Assembly (NCBI RefSeq): GCF_000709555.1
Contig: NZ_CP006873.1
Span: forward strand, 30,001-62,000
Direction: 5' to 3'
Source: Candidatus Saccharimonadota bacterium
GTDB lineage: Bacteria; Bacteroidota; Bacteroidia; Flavobacteriales; Blattabacteriaceae
DNA: 32,000 bases
Shown: piece by piece, positions 1 through 9,670 of the stretch
Layout: each line of letters starts with the position of its first letter
How positions within the stretch are numbered: the first letter of the stretch is position 1
Made by a program: the position numbers and the translations under genes
The notes under the pieces: model-generated
Databases searched by the model: none
What the model was told of the DNA's origin: nothing
The model's input: the letters and a program-made list of their open reading frames with translations, nothing else

Positions 1-72
1 AAAAACATGTTTTCGTAATTCTTCAAGATGTTCCATAAATGGCATCTTTTCGTTAGAAGAAAAATATTCCAT
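1..72 (-). CDS. tatC: Probable Sec-independent translocase TatC, N-terminal fragment (gene continues left of window)
   Basis: Minus-strand translation from the ATG at 72-70 reads MEYFSSNEKMPFMEHLEELRKHVF. The M-x-F-x-x-HLEELR pattern is typical of a TatC N-terminus. An in-frame upstream ATG at 132-130 is an alternative start. Only 24 codons are visible. Confidence 0.4.
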   Translation of the reverse strand, partial: MEYFSSNEKMPFMEHLEELRKHVF

Positions 73-132
73 GAGACGGTCAGTTGGGAGAATTATTTCC
101 GGAGTGGGCTTTAGAACTGGATTAGGGTACAT

Positions 133-289
133 TAAATAAAAAAAAGACGGCGTTTGGAAGTCTTCAATACCTTCACCTACCTACTTTTTATAATCGACAA
201 AGGAATTTTGGATCTATAAATGGCTGTCTTAAGAGTAGCCTGCTACTAGGAGACCCCCGGATTGACATTCATTGACTTTTGTAACCCTC
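133..289 (-). pseudogene. ftsY: ftsY (SRP receptor) C-terminal remnant; most of the gene is deleted
   Basis: Minus-strand fragments read ..VTKVNECQSGGLLVAGYS* (264-229) and ..SFVDYKK*VGEGIEDFQ (to 154). They match the FtsY C-terminus LTKLDGTAKGG...IP-KYIGVGEGIEDLQ, but lie in different frames and carry in-frame stops. The position downstream of rpmB-rpmG-DUF4295 fits flavobacterial synteny. About 250 N-terminal codons are absent. Confidence 0.6.
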
Positions 290-448
290 TCATTTAGTGG
301 AAAAAAAATCATTTATTTTATTATCTGGAACTATTTTTTCTTCAAAAACATAAGTTCTTGATTTGATTGACTTTATCATACGTATAACTTTTGTCATTTT
401 TTTAGATCCATTATTTTGGAACCCCGGGGGTTTTTTTGTTTTTGCCAT
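290..448 (-). CDS. Small DUF4295-family protein (52 aa), typically encoded after rpmG in Bacteroidota
   Basis: The ORF is below the track threshold. It reads MAKTKKPPGFQNNGSKKMTKVIRMIKSIKSRTYVFEEKIVPDNKINDFFSTK*, which resembles the DUF4295 pattern MAKK...K-TKxIKMVKSxKSGxYxFxExI. It starts 1 bp after the rpmG stop. Confidence 0.7.
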   Translation of the reverse strand: MAKTKKPPGFQNNGSKKMTKVIRMIKSIKSRTYVFEEKIVPDNKINDFFSTK

Positions 449-449
449 T

Positions 450-632
450 TTATTTAATTTCTTTATGAATAGTGTATTTTCTTAGAATAGAGTTATATTT
501 TCTTAATTCTATTCTATTAGGCGTATTTTTTTTATTTTTGGTACTAAAATAACGAGATATCCCTTTTTTTCCACTTTTCTTATGTTCAGTACACTCCAGA
601 ATTATTTGTATTCTATTTCCTTTTTTTCCCAT
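450..632 (-). CDS. rpmG: 50S ribosomal protein L33
   Basis: 60 aa, [21 protein letters not shown]...[10 protein letters not shown]. Typical L33 sequence, adjacent to rpmB. Confidence 0.95.
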   Translation of the reverse strand: MGKKGNRIQIILECTEHKKSGKKGISRYFSTKNKKNTPNRIELRKYNSILRKYTIHKEIK

Positions 633-640
633 TTTTGATT

Positions 641-877
641 TTATTTTATTAGTCTTTTTTTCCTCGAACGTTTCAGTGCCTCTTCAATTCCTATAGTATT
701 CACAGTTCTAATTCCAGCTGCAGAGATTTTTAACAAAATCCATCTATTTTCTTTAGGAAGAAAGAATCTTTTTTTTATCAGATTAATATTAAAACGACGT
801 TTAATTTTATTATTAGCATGAGAAACTTTGTTCCCTATTAGAACTTTTTTCCCGGTTATTTGACAAATTTTTGACAT
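641..877 (-). CDS. rpmB: 50S ribosomal protein L28
   Basis: 78 aa, [33 protein letters not shown]. Canonical L28 N-terminus. Confidence 0.95.
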   Translation of the reverse strand: MSKICQITGKKVLIGNKVSHANNKIKRRFNINLIKKRFFLPKENRWILLKISAAGIRTVNTIGIEEALKRSRKKRLIK

Positions 878-948
878 TTGAAAGAGGTTTTTTATTTCGG
901 ATTATTTAAATAACAGCTGCATAAGCTTTTTAATGAATAAATTCCATT

Positions 949-2568
949 ATGCAAGATCAAAAAATAGATTATTATTTACTTATAGGGACTATAATTTCAA
1001 TCTTAATAGTCTTTTTTTGTTTAAAAAAGCCTTTCAATGAAATTGGGTCGAAAAATATACAGTTATCAAATAATATTAATAAAACTATTTTATTCTCTCC
1101 CAAGAAATATGGGGAAACGATTTTAGAAAATGATCTTATTAGGGTAAAAATATCTAATCTTGGTGGGAATATTAGTGAGATCTTTCTAAAGAAGTATAAG
1201 ACTTATAACGATAAAATCTTACGTTTAGTAAAGACGAAAAGTTTCACTTTTGGTCTAAATCTTATAACTCTTTCGGGAAAAAAAGTTGATAGTAATGATT
1301 GGTTATTTACCCCTAATCTGCAAGAAACTCCCTATCAATACATCTTAACTATGAAAACAATTTTTCCTCCCGGAGGTGAATTAAATTATATTTATTCATT
1401 ACCGAAAGAAAAATCATATGAGGTAAATTTTTCCATTACTAGTCGAGGTCTTTGTTCTTTCGCAATAAATAATGCTATTTTTTTTAATTGTAAACAGAAA
1501 TTAATTGGGTTGGAAAAAAATTACAGTTATGAAAATAATTATGCACAAATGTGTTATTCTTATGGAAAGAATAAAAAAATAAAATCTTTAAGTGAAATAA
1601 GACCAGATCAAAATATAGTAAAAAAAATAAATTGGATAGCTAATAAACAACAATTTTTTACAACTATATTTTTTCCTAAAAATACTTTTCAAACAACGAA
1701 AATTCAATCAAAAAGACTTACATCACCATTTTATATTAAATGGGGTTCTATGTTTTCTCCATTAGAATTAGTTGATAATGAACTTAATTGGAAGGCAAAG
1801 TGGGATTTTGTTCCATTAAAGTATAATCTTCTTAAGAAGTATGGGGATAATTTTGAAGATATTATCCCATTTGGGTGGAGGATTTTTAGATCTATTAATA
1901 AAAACTTTTTTTTAAAACTTTTACAATTTTTAGAAAAAACAAAGTTGAATTATGGAGTAATTATTATATTAATGACTATTATAGTCAAACTTATATTATT
2001 CCCCATTACTTATTGGCAATGTAAATTCATTGCTATAATGAAAATGAGACGTTCTGATATAGAAGAACTGAATGAAAAACTGAAAGATGCAGATCCTTTC
2101 CAAAAGCAACAAGCTACTATAGAATTTTATAAACAAATAGGAATAAATCCAATGTCTGTATTTTTCCCAGCAATTTTCCAAATACCAATTTTTTATGCAC
2201 TGTTTAAATTTTTTCCAAATATTATTAATCTTCGAGGAAAATCATTTCTTTGGGCTTATGATTTAACTTATTACGATTCAGTATTTCATCTTCCTTTGAC
2301 TATACCGATTTATGGAAATCATGTTAGTTTATTTACTTTATTTTATATATTTGCGTTTATATTGTATACAAAGTTTAGTCATATAAATAATTACGGAAAT
2401 AATAATCGGCTTCTGAAATATTTCATGCCAATAATAATGCTTTTATTTATTAATAATTATGCTTCCGGACTTTCATTATATTATTTTATATCAAATATTT
2501 TGAATCTTATTATTCTGTTTCTAATTAAGAAAAAAAAAATAACAAAATATATATTGCGTAATAATTAG
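949..2568 (+). CDS. yidC: Membrane protein insertase YidC
   Basis: 539 aa with an N-terminal TM, a large periplasmic domain and a C-terminal multi-TM 60 kDa-IMP core (..PITYWQ...MKMRRSDIEELNEK...GINPMS..FPAIFQIPIFYALF). It has a short basic tail and an A10 run at 2530-2539 near the 3' end. Confidence 0.9.
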   Translation: MQDQKIDYYLLIGTIISILIVFFCLKKPFNEIGSKNIQLSNNINKTILFSPKKYGETILENDLIRVKISNLGGNISEIFLKKYKTYNDKILRLVKTKSFTFGLNLITLSGKKVDSNDWLFTPNLQETPYQYILTMKTIFPPGGELNYIYSLPKEKSYEVNFSITSRGLCSFAINNAIFFNCKQKLIGLEKNYSYENNYAQMCYSYGKNKKIKSLSEIRPDQNIVKKINWIANKQQFFTTIFFPKNTFQTTKIQSKRLTSPFYIKWGSMFSPLELVDNELNWKAKWDFVPLKYNLLKKYGDNFEDIIPFGWRIFRSINKNFFLKLLQFLEKTKLNYGVIIILMTIIVKLILFPITYWQCKFIAIMKMRRSDIEELNEKLKDADPFQKQQATIEFYKQIGINPMSVFFPAIFQIPIFYALFKFFPNIINLRGKSFLWAYDLTYYDSVFHLPLTIPIYGNHVSLFTLFYIFAFILYTKFSHINNYGNNNRLLKYFMPIIMLLFINNYASGLSLYYFISNILNLIILFLIKKKKITKYILRNN

Positions 2569-2593
2569 GCGTAATAATTAAGGGAATAATATT

Positions 2594-4528
2594 ATGAATC
2601 AAAACAATAAACCCAATAAACCCAATAAACCCAATAAACCCAATAAACCCAATAAACCCAATAAACCCAATAAACTTAATAACCCCAATAACCCCACAGA
2701 TTTGTTTTTTATATCATGTTTCCTGATTATTTTGGGAATATTTATTTTTCAATCTTTTGTCTTTAAAAGACAACAGATTTCTCAAGATTTTTTTTTTCAA
2801 ATCCTTTCTGAAAAAAGAGTTCATAAAATAATTATAACAAATCACTCTAAAGCCAGAATATGGGTTTATAAAACAAATATAAAAAATATAAAAAATCAAA
2901 AAGATCTTTTATATCCGTATTTTGATCATTATGAATTAACTATAAATAATTTTACTTTTTTTTCTCAAAAGATTGAAGAATATAAATATCTCTATAAATT
3001 AAATCTCATTCTTCTTTCAACGAATCAAAACGAATCTAATTTGAGCAAAACTGTCATTGAATCCGGATTATTTTTTTTCCTCTTTGTCATATTCTGGGGA
3101 TTCATATTATCTCGTCTAAACGGAGGTTATGGAAAACATATATTTAATATTGGAAAGTCTAAAGCTAAACTTTTTGACGAAACCGATAATGTTAAAATTA
3201 CTTTCCGAGACGTCGCTGGGTTGGAAGGAGCAAAGGAAGAAATCCAAGAAATTGTTGACTTTCTAAAAAATCCGAATAAATATACTAATTTAGGTGGGAA
3301 AATTCCTAAAGGTGCGCTATTAGTGGGACCTCCAGGAACTGGTAAAACTCTTTTAGCTAAAGCTGTTGCCGGAGAAGCTAAAGTCCCGTTCTTTTCTCTT
3401 TCGGGATCTGATTTCGTAGAAATGTTTGTTGGAGTAGGTGCTTCTCGCGTCAGAGATCTTTTTAACCAAGCTAAGGAAAAATCTCCTTCCATTATTTTTA
3501 TTGATGAAATCGATGCTATAGGACGTTCTAGGGTAACAAATAATATTAATGGAGCTAATGAAGAACGTGAAAATACCCTGAATCAGCTACTAACGGAAAT
3601 GGATGGTTTTGATACCAATACTAATGTTATAGTGATGTCAGCCACCAACCGTTCAGAGATTCTTGATCAGGCACTTTTACGTCCTGGACGTTTTGATAGG
3701 ACTATTTTTATAGATCTTCCAGAACTAAATGAAAGAAAAGAAATTTTTTTAGTACATATTCAAAAATTAAAAATTGCAGCAGATATAGATATTGAATTTT
3801 TATCTCGTCAAACTTCTGGGTTTAGTGGTGCTGATATAGCGAATATATGTAATGAATCTGCTATTATAGCAGCTAGGAAAAACAAATCAAAAATAGAATA
3901 TCAAGATTTTTTAAGTGCTATAGATAGAATTATTGGAGGATTTGAAAAGAAAAATAAAGTAATAAAGTTAGCAGAAAAAGAAAGAATAGCTTATCATGAA
4001 GCTGGGCATGCTGCTATTAGTTGGTTAATTGAACATGCGGCTCCTCTGGTAAAAGTTACTATTGTTCCTAGGGGAAAATCTTTAGGAGCCGCTTGGTATC
4101 TTCCAGAAGAACGTCAATTAACTACTTTTGAACAGATGCAAGATGAAATTTGTGCCATGTTAGGAGGACGGGCAGCTGAACAAGTAATATTGAAAACGAT
4201 TTCGACAGGTGCTTTAAACGATTTAGAACGTGTAACTAAACAAGCACAATCTATGGTAACAATTTTTGGATTAAATAAACGTATTGGGAATATTTCTTAT
4301 TATGACTCTACAGTTCAAACCGAATATGCAAAACCCTATAGTGAAAATACTGCCAGAATTATTGATGAAGAAATTTCTAAAATTATTGAAGAACAATATC
4401 AACGGGCATATAAATTATTAGCTAATAATCGTGTCAAACTTCAACAATTAGCTCAGAAATTACTTGAGAAAGAAGTGATCTTTAAAGAAGATCTTGAGGA
4501 AATTTTTGGAAACAGACCTTTTCCATAA
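2594..4528 (+). CDS. ftsH: ATP-dependent zinc metalloprotease FtsH
   Basis: 644 aa. It shows Walker [14 protein letters not shown], Walker [10 protein letters not shown], the SRH region and the zinc motif HEAGHA. The N-terminus carries an (NKP)n repeat. Confidence 0.97.
   Translation: MNQNNKPNKPNKPNKPNKPNKPNKPNKLNNPNNPTDLFFISCFLIILGIFIFQSFVFKRQQISQDFFFQILSEKRVHKIIITNHSKARIWVYKTNIKNIKNQKDLLYPYFDHYELTINNFTFFSQKIEEYKYLYKLNLILLSTNQNESNLSKTVIESGLFFFLFVIFWGFILSRLNGGYGKHIFNIGKSKAKLFDETDNVKITFRDVAGLEGAKEEIQEIVDFLKNPNKYTNLGGKIPKGALLVGPPGTGKTLLAKAVAGEAKVPFFSLSGSDFVEMFVGVGASRVRDLFNQAKEKSPSIIFIDEIDAIGRSRVTNNINGANEERENTLNQLLTEMDGFDTNTNVIVMSATNRSEILDQALLRPGRFDRTIFIDLPELNERKEIFLVHIQKLKIAADIDIEFLSRQTSGFSGADIANICNESAIIAARKNKSKIEYQDFLSAIDRIIGGFEKKNKVIKLAEKERIAYHEAGHAAISWLIEHAAPLVKVTIVPRGKSLGAAWYLPEERQLTTFEQMQDEICAMLGGRAAEQVILKTISTGALNDLERVTKQAQSMVTIFGLNKRIGNISYYDSTVQTEYAKPYSENTARIIDEEISKIIEEQYQRAYKLLANNRVKLQQLAQKLLEKEVIFKEDLEEIFGNRPFP
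2606..2695 (+). repeat. In-frame tandem 9-bp repeat (AATAAACCC) x7 perfect plus 3 degenerate copies, encoding (NKP)7-NKL-NNP-NNP in the FtsH N-terminus
   Basis: Read directly: aataaaccc repeated from 2606 to 2668, then aataaactt aataacccc aataacccc. Confidence 0.95.
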
Positions 4529-4533
4529 AAAAT

Positions 4534-6423
4534 TTATTTAACTTCTTCAAAATCTACATCTTGAACATTTTCATTTTGACTCTTAGTATTAGATGCGTAA
4601 GTATTTTTTACGCTATTTTTTTTAGCAGTATACAATTCTTGTGAAATACTGGTCCAAATCTCGGTTAAAATTTTTGTCGTCCTGTCTATTTCAGAGAAAT
4701 TTTTTGAAGCACGAGCATTTTTCAGCTGTTGTAAAATCTCTTCGATTTTTTTCTTATTCTCTTTTGAGAATTTGTTTTCGGATTCTTTAATCTGTTTTTC
4801 AGTTTGAAAAATTAATCCATCCGTAGCATTTAACTTATCAATTTCTTCTTTATATTTTCTGTCTTTATCAGCATTTTCTTGGGCTTCTCGTTTCATTTTT
4901 TCAATTTCTTCTTGACTTAATCCTGAAGAAGCTTCAATCCGAATTGATTGTTCTCTATTAGTACCTTTATCTTTAGCTGAAACGTTTAAAATCCCATTGG
5001 CATCAATATCAAAAGTTACTTCGATTTGAGGTATTCCTCTAGGAGCTGGTGGTATATTAATTAAATCGAAACGGCCAATTTCTTTATTATCTTTGAAAAG
5101 AGATCGTTCACCTTGTCCTACTCGAATAGTTACAGCTGGTTGATTGTCAGAAGCCGTAGAAAATGTTTCTGATTTTTTTGTTGGGATAGTTGTATTAGAT
5201 TCTATTAATTTAGTAAATATTCCCCCTAAAGTTTCTATACCTAAAGAAAGTGGGGTAACATCCAGTAGAAGCACATCTTTAATATCTCCAACAAGAACTC
5301 CACCTTGAATAGCTGCGCCTATAGCTACAACTTCGTCAGGATTAACACCTTTTGAAGGTTTTTTTCCAAATAATTTTTCTACTGAAGCTTGAATTTTTGG
5401 AATTCGTGTAGAACCACCTACTAAAATGACTTCATCAATATCTTTAATTGCATCTAATCCAGCGGATTCTAATGCTTTTTTGCAAGGTTCCATTGAACGA
5501 CGAATAAGACCATCTGAAAGTTGTTCAAATTGAGCTCTAGTAATAGTTTGGACTAAATGTTTTGGTCCAGAAGAAGTAGCGGTAATATAAGGTAAATTAA
5601 TTTCAGTTTTTAGTCCTGAGGAAAGTTCTATTTTTGCTTTTTCAGCTGCTTCTTTTAAACGTTGATGAGCCATAGGATCTTGTCGAAGGTCAATACCTTC
5701 TTGAGATTGGAAACTCTTTACCAAGAAATTAATAATAATATCGTCAAAATCATCTCCTCCTAAATTGGTATCCCCATTTGTAGAAAGTACTTCAAATACG
5801 CCATCACCTAATTCTAGAATAGAAATATCGAAAGTACCTCCTCCTAAATCATATACTGCGATTTTTTTATCATGTTTCTTTTTATCTAAGCCGTAAGCTA
5901 ATGCTGCTGCAGTAGGTTCATTAATTATGCGTTCTACTTTCAATCCTGCAATTTCTCCAGATTCTTTAGTAGCTTGTCTTTGTGAATCATTAAAATATGC
6001 AGGGACCGTGATAACGGCACGAGTCACTTTCTGTCCAAGATAATCTTCAGCAGTTTTCTTCATTTTTTGTAAAATCATTGCTGAAATTTCTTGTGGAGTA
6101 TAAATTTTTTTATCTATATCGACTCTTGGAGTATTATTAGGACCTTGTATAACCTTATATGGCACCCGATTTATTTCAGTAGAAATCTCCGAAAATTTTG
6201 TTCCCATAAACCGTTTTATTGAAAAAATCGTTTTTTTAGAATTAGTAACAGCTTGTCTTTTAGCTGGATCTCCTATTTTTATTTCTCCTTCTTCAACAAA
6301 GGCTACCATAGATGGAGTAGTTCTTTTTCCTTCAGAATTAGGAATTACTATAGGATCATTACCTTCCATTACAGCAACACAGGAATTGGTTGTTCCTAAA
6401 TCGATACCAATAATTTTATTCAT
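4534..6423 (-). CDS. dnaK: Molecular chaperone DnaK (Hsp70)
   Basis: 629 aa, [21 protein letters not shown]...[12 protein letters not shown]...[14 protein letters not shown]. Full-length Hsp70. It is convergent with ftsH with only 5 bp between the stops. Confidence 0.98.
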   Translation of the reverse strand: MNKIIGIDLGTTNSCVAVMEGNDPIVIPNSEGKRTTPSMVAFVEEGEIKIGDPAKRQAVTNSKKTIFSIKRFMGTKFSEISTEINRVPYKVIQGPNNTPRVDIDKKIYTPQEISAMILQKMKKTAEDYLGQKVTRAVITVPAYFNDSQRQATKESGEIAGLKVERIINEPTAAALAYGLDKKKHDKKIAVYDLGGGTFDISILELGDGVFEVLSTNGDTNLGGDDFDDIIINFLVKSFQSQEGIDLRQDPMAHQRLKEAAEKAKIELSSGLKTEINLPYITATSSGPKHLVQTITRAQFEQLSDGLIRRSMEPCKKALESAGLDAIKDIDEVILVGGSTRIPKIQASVEKLFGKKPSKGVNPDEVVAIGAAIQGGVLVGDIKDVLLLDVTPLSLGIETLGGIFTKLIESNTTIPTKKSETFSTASDNQPAVTIRVGQGERSLFKDNKEIGRFDLINIPPAPRGIPQIEVTFDIDANGILNVSAKDKGTNREQSIRIEASSGLSQEEIEKMKREAQENADKDRKYKEEIDKLNATDGLIFQTEKQIKESENKFSKENKKKIEEILQQLKNARASKNFSEIDRTTKILTEIWTSISQELYTAKKNSVKNTYASNTKSQNENVQDVDFEEVK

Positions 6424-6495
6424 TTTGGAAAATTTTTAAAAATAGAAAACAAGCATTGTGCCATTAATTTGGGTTTTATCTTATTGTGTGTTTAT

Positions 6496-6514
6496 TTGAG
6501 AATGTCATTCTCAA
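6496..6514. promoter_or_regulatory. Near-perfect inverted repeat TTGAGAAT-gtc-ATTCTCAA in the dnaK / rplM divergent intergenic region
   Basis: An 8-bp arm, 3-nt spacer and 8-bp arm, read directly. It lies about 73-91 bp upstream of the dnaK start (6423, minus strand). Function unknown. Confidence 0.25.
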
Positions 6515-6625
6515 TGACTTTATGTCATTTATCATATTTTGGTGTTTAATTTTGTTAATTAAAACGAAAATGCTATATATACTCATGCTTTTCTTTGTAA
6601 ACAATGATTTTATTTTTAATATACT

Positions 6626-7072
6626 GTGGACAGTTTAAGCTTTAAAACAAATTCCGGCTCAAAATATTATCTAAGCAAACGTTGGTTACTTATTGATGCA
6701 ACAGATCAAAGTTTAGGAAGACTTGCTTCGACTATTGCTAAAATAATAATAGGAAAACATAAAATTATTTTTACACCTCACATAAATTGTGGTGACCATA
6801 TTATCGTGATTAATGCTGAAAAAATCAGTTTAAAAGGGAATAATTGGAAAAATAGAAAATACATCAGTTATACTGGTTACCCTGGGGGGAAAAAATGTAT
6901 AAGCGTTTTTGAACAATTCAATAAAAATCCGATTGTGATTTTAGAAAAAGCTGTTAAAGGAATGTTACCTAAAACTAGGTTAGGGAATCAACTTTATAAA
7001 AACTTACATGTTTATGTAGGTAAAAACCATAAACATGTGTCTCAAACACCTATAGTATTGAATATTAATTAA
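6626..7072 (+). CDS. rplM: 50S ribosomal protein L13 (GTG start)
   Basis: 148 aa, (GTG)MDSLSFKTNS...RWLLIDATDQSLGRLAS. This matches the flavobacterial L13 N-terminus MDTLSYKT. Confidence 0.95.
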   Translation: MDSLSFKTNSGSKYYLSKRWLLIDATDQSLGRLASTIAKIIIGKHKIIFTPHINCGDHIIVINAEKISLKGNNWKNRKYISYTGYPGGKKCISVFEQFNKNPIVILEKAVKGMLPKTRLGNQLYKNLHVYVGKNHKHVSQTPIVLNIN

Positions 7073-7078
7073 TTTGAT

Positions 7079-7465
7079 ATGGAAGTTTTACATATAATAG
7101 GAAGAAGAAAAACTTCAATAGCTCGGTTGTATTTATCCCCAGGATGTGGTCAAATAGTTATTAATCAAAGAAATTATAAAAAATATTTTCCACAAAAGTT
7201 ATTAATATATAAAATTTTACACCCGTTTTCACTTACTAATAATATAGATAAATTCGATTTAAAAATTCGTGTTTTAGGAGGAGGTCTAAACGGACAGGCT
7301 GAAGCTATTCAGTTGGCTATTTCTCGTGCTCTTTGTAAGATCAATTCAGAAAATAGAAGAATTTTAAAACCTTTAGGATTACTGACACGTGATCCACGTG
7401 GGGTAGAACGTAAAAAATTTGGAAGAAAAAAAGCTAGAAAGAAATCACAGTTCTCAAAACGTTAA
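7079..7465 (+). CDS. rpsI: 30S ribosomal protein S9
   Basis: 128 aa, ..GRRKTSIARLYL..GGGLNGQAEAIQLAISRAL...RDPRGVERKKFGRKKARKKSQFSKR. Confidence 0.96.
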   Translation: MEVLHIIGRRKTSIARLYLSPGCGQIVINQRNYKKYFPQKLLIYKILHPFSLTNNIDKFDLKIRVLGGGLNGQAEAIQLAISRALCKINSENRRILKPLGLLTRDPRGVERKKFGRKKARKKSQFSKR

Positions 7466-7497
7466 TTTTTTTATTATTTTAAATAAATAAATGTAGA

Positions 7498-8214
7498 ATG
7501 TCGAAATCGAAAATAAATATAAAAGAATTATTATCTACTGATGTCCATTTTGGACATTCTTCACGGAAATGGTGTGCTCATATGAGTCCATATATCTACA
7601 TGAAACAAAATGGAATTTATCTTATAGATCTTTATAAAACTATAGAAAAGTTACAGGAAGCTTGTAAAGCTATACAGAATATTGTTTATTCAGGTAAAAA
7701 AATACTCTTTGTAGCCACAAAAAAACAAGCTAAAGACATAGTCTCAGAAGTTTCGAGAAAGCATAATATGCCTTATATTACAGAACGTTGGTTAGGAGGT
7801 TTACTGACAAATTTTAGAACTATTCGTAAAACAGTTAAAAAACTTAATCTTATTGACAAAAAAAAGAAAAGTGGGGCTTACGAATCTCTTTCAAAAAAAG
7901 AATTATTAATGATAAATCGGTCTCAAAAAAAGCTTGAAAAATATATAGGATCTATATCAGGAATGACGCGATTACCATTTGCCATTTTTATTATAGATAT
8001 CTCTCGAGAAAAAATTGCTCTTAAAGAAGCTAAGAAACTTAATATTACCACGTTTGCTATGGTAGATACTGATTCGAATCCAAAATTAGTAGATTATTTT
8101 ATTCCTTCTAATGATGATTCTTCAAAATCTATATCAATTATTTTAAAATATATAAGTGAAGCTATAGCTATAGGAATTTCTTCGAGACAAAAAGAACGAG
8201 AAAACAATGTATAG
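7498..8214 (+). CDS. rpsB: 30S ribosomal protein S2
   Basis: 238 aa, ..LLSTDVHFGHSSRKW...ERWLGGLLTNFRTI... Confidence 0.96.
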   Translation: MSKSKINIKELLSTDVHFGHSSRKWCAHMSPYIYMKQNGIYLIDLYKTIEKLQEACKAIQNIVYSGKKILFVATKKQAKDIVSEVSRKHNMPYITERWLGGLLTNFRTIRKTVKKLNLIDKKKKSGAYESLSKKELLMINRSQKKLEKYIGSISGMTRLPFAIFIIDISREKIALKEAKKLNITTFAMVDTDSNPKLVDYFIPSNDDSSKSISIILKYISEAIAIGISSRQKERENNV

Positions 8215-9028
8215 AATAACTGCTAATCAAATAAAGAATCTTAGGAAAAAAACTGGTTCTGGAATAATGGATTGCAAAAAAGCGCTTATAGAATCTAAGG
8301 GAGATTTTCAAAAAGCTATTGAAATCTTACGAATAAATGGAAAACAAATTGCTCTGAGTCTTTCTCATCGCGAGACTAATGAAGGAGTTCTTATTGCAAA
8401 AGTAAATAGAGAAGAAACACAAGGAGTAATTATCGGATTAAGTTGTGAAACTGATTTCGTAGCCCAAAATAGTGATTTTATTCAATTAGCTAATAAATTT
8501 GCAGAAATAGCGATTTCATGTATAAATAAAGATGATTTATTAAATAAATTTATAGGTAATCTTCCGATTAAGGAAAAACTTATAGAACAAACTGGGGTAA
8601 TAGGAGAAAAAATTGATTTATGTTTTTTTGAAAAACTGTCAGCTTCTTTTGTATCTTTTTATGTTCATAATGGTAATAAAATAGCTAGTTTAGTAGGATT
8701 ATCATCTGCCCCTAAAGGCGTTCAAGAAGTAGCTAAAAATTTAGCTATGCAAGTAGCAGCTATGAATCCCATAGCTTTAAATAAAAAAAAGTTATCTCCT
8801 GAGATCCTTCATAAAGAAAAAGAAATTGCAAAAGAACAATCAAGAAAAGAAGGAAAACCTGAAAATATGATAGAAAAAATTTCTCAAGGAAAATTAAATA
8901 AATTTTTGGCTGAAAATTTACTTCTGGACCAAAAATTTATAAAAAATAATAAATTATCTGTAATAGAATATGTAAAAAAATTTAATTCTAATATTCAAAT
9001 TACTGATTATAAAAGATTATCTTTTTAA
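8207..9028 (+). CDS. tsf: Translation elongation factor Ts
   Basis: 273 aa, ..IKNLRKKTGSGIMDCKKALIES.GDFQKAIEILR.. (UBA-like N-terminus), plus an EF-Ts dimerisation core. Overlaps rpsB by 8 nt. Confidence 0.93.
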   Translation: MYRITANQIKNLRKKTGSGIMDCKKALIESKGDFQKAIEILRINGKQIALSLSHRETNEGVLIAKVNREETQGVIIGLSCETDFVAQNSDFIQLANKFAEIAISCINKDDLLNKFIGNLPIKEKLIEQTGVIGEKIDLCFFEKLSASFVSFYVHNGNKIASLVGLSSAPKGVQEVAKNLAMQVAAMNPIALNKKKLSPEILHKEKEIAKEQSRKEGKPENMIEKISQGKLNKFLAENLLLDQKFIKNNKLSVIEYVKKFNSNIQITDYKRLSF

Positions 9029-9097
9029 GGTGGTAAAATCTTATTTTGTCCTTATAACGGGATCCTGTAAAAGCTCTAATCCTTACTCTTCCTCCTA

Positions 9098-9670
9098 ATG
9101 TTGTCCCATGAACTCTCTCTAATTAAAGAAAGTGCTCAATTGGTTTCCAAAACATTAGGAATGTTAACTTCAGAAATCCAACCAGAGGAATTTATTCGGG
9201 ATCATGGCGGTATTCCAGCTTTTCTAGGACTTTATAATTTTCCCAATACATTATGCTCCAAATGAACAAATAGTTCATGGGATTCCCAATAAAAAACCTT
9301 TATCTGAAGGAGATATTGTGTCTATAGATTGTGGGGTCCTAATGAATGGATATTATGGGTATCATGCTTATACTTTTGCAGTAGGTGAAATATCTGAAGA
9401 CCGAAAAAAACTCATAGAGGTTACTAAAAATTCTCTATCCCGTGGGATATATTCTTGTCGAATAGGGAATAGGACAGGAGAAATTGGATATGCCGAAAAA
9501 ATCTACATGATCTGGGAAAAAATTATTAGAAGGAATGGTCCTAGCTATTGAACCTCAGATAATTAAAAAAGATGTACCGCAGATAATAAGCCTTCAGTTC
9601 ATTTTGAACATAATGTAGCCTAAATGGAAACCCAATTTTACTTTCTACATATAAATTTATATATCAAACG
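9098..9670 (+). pseudogene. map: Methionine aminopeptidase (type I) pseudogene with multiple frameshifts and internal deletions
   Basis: Frame a (9098-9259) reads MLSHELSLIKESAQLVSKTLGMLTSEIQPEEFIRDHGGIPAFLGLYNFPNTLCSK*. Frame b reads PNEQIVHGIPNKKPLSEGDIVSIDCGVLMNGYYGYHAYTFAVGEISEDRKKLIEVTK..GEIGYA, followed by a collapsed middle. Later frames read LEGMVLAIEPQII, ADNKPSVHFEHNVA* and NGNPILLSTYKFIYQ. All are MAP motifs but they sit in at least 4 frames. The track ORF 9318..9551 is one fragment. Confidence 0.85.

Noticed and set aside
419-440. Terminator-like element AACCCCGGGGGTT followed by a T-run on the plus strand
   Set aside because: It falls inside the 5' coding region of the minus-strand DUF4295 gene (codons KKPPGF). 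No plus-strand gene ends upstream of it, and on the minus strand it has no trailing U-run. The stem is only 5 bp.
2606-2695. Whether the 9-bp tandem repeat is a CRISPR array or other spacer-containing array
   Set aside because: The units are contiguous with no spacers, only 9 bp long, and in frame within ftsH. It is a coding microsatellite and not a CRISPR array.
3127-3492. 121-aa ORF antisense to the ftsH AAA domain
   Set aside because: It lies entirely opposite the most conserved, relatively GC-rich part of ftsH. It is a typical shadow ORF with no recognisable motifs and no room for its own expression signals.
6424-6625. Attempt to call promoters (Bacteroidota -33 TTTG / -7 TAnnTTTG) in the intergenic regions 878-948, 6424-6625 and 9670-9788
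   Set aside because: In DNA this AT-rich, partial matches are everywhere and I found no exact consensus pair with proper spacing. I could not support a call from sequence alone.
9318-9551. The track ORFs 9318..9551, 31162..31551 and 31698..31922 considered as independent small genes
   Set aside because: Each is a fragment of a recognisable larger gene (map, ffh, ffh). The remaining motifs of those genes lie adjacent in other frames, so they are pseudogene pieces and not novel small proteins.
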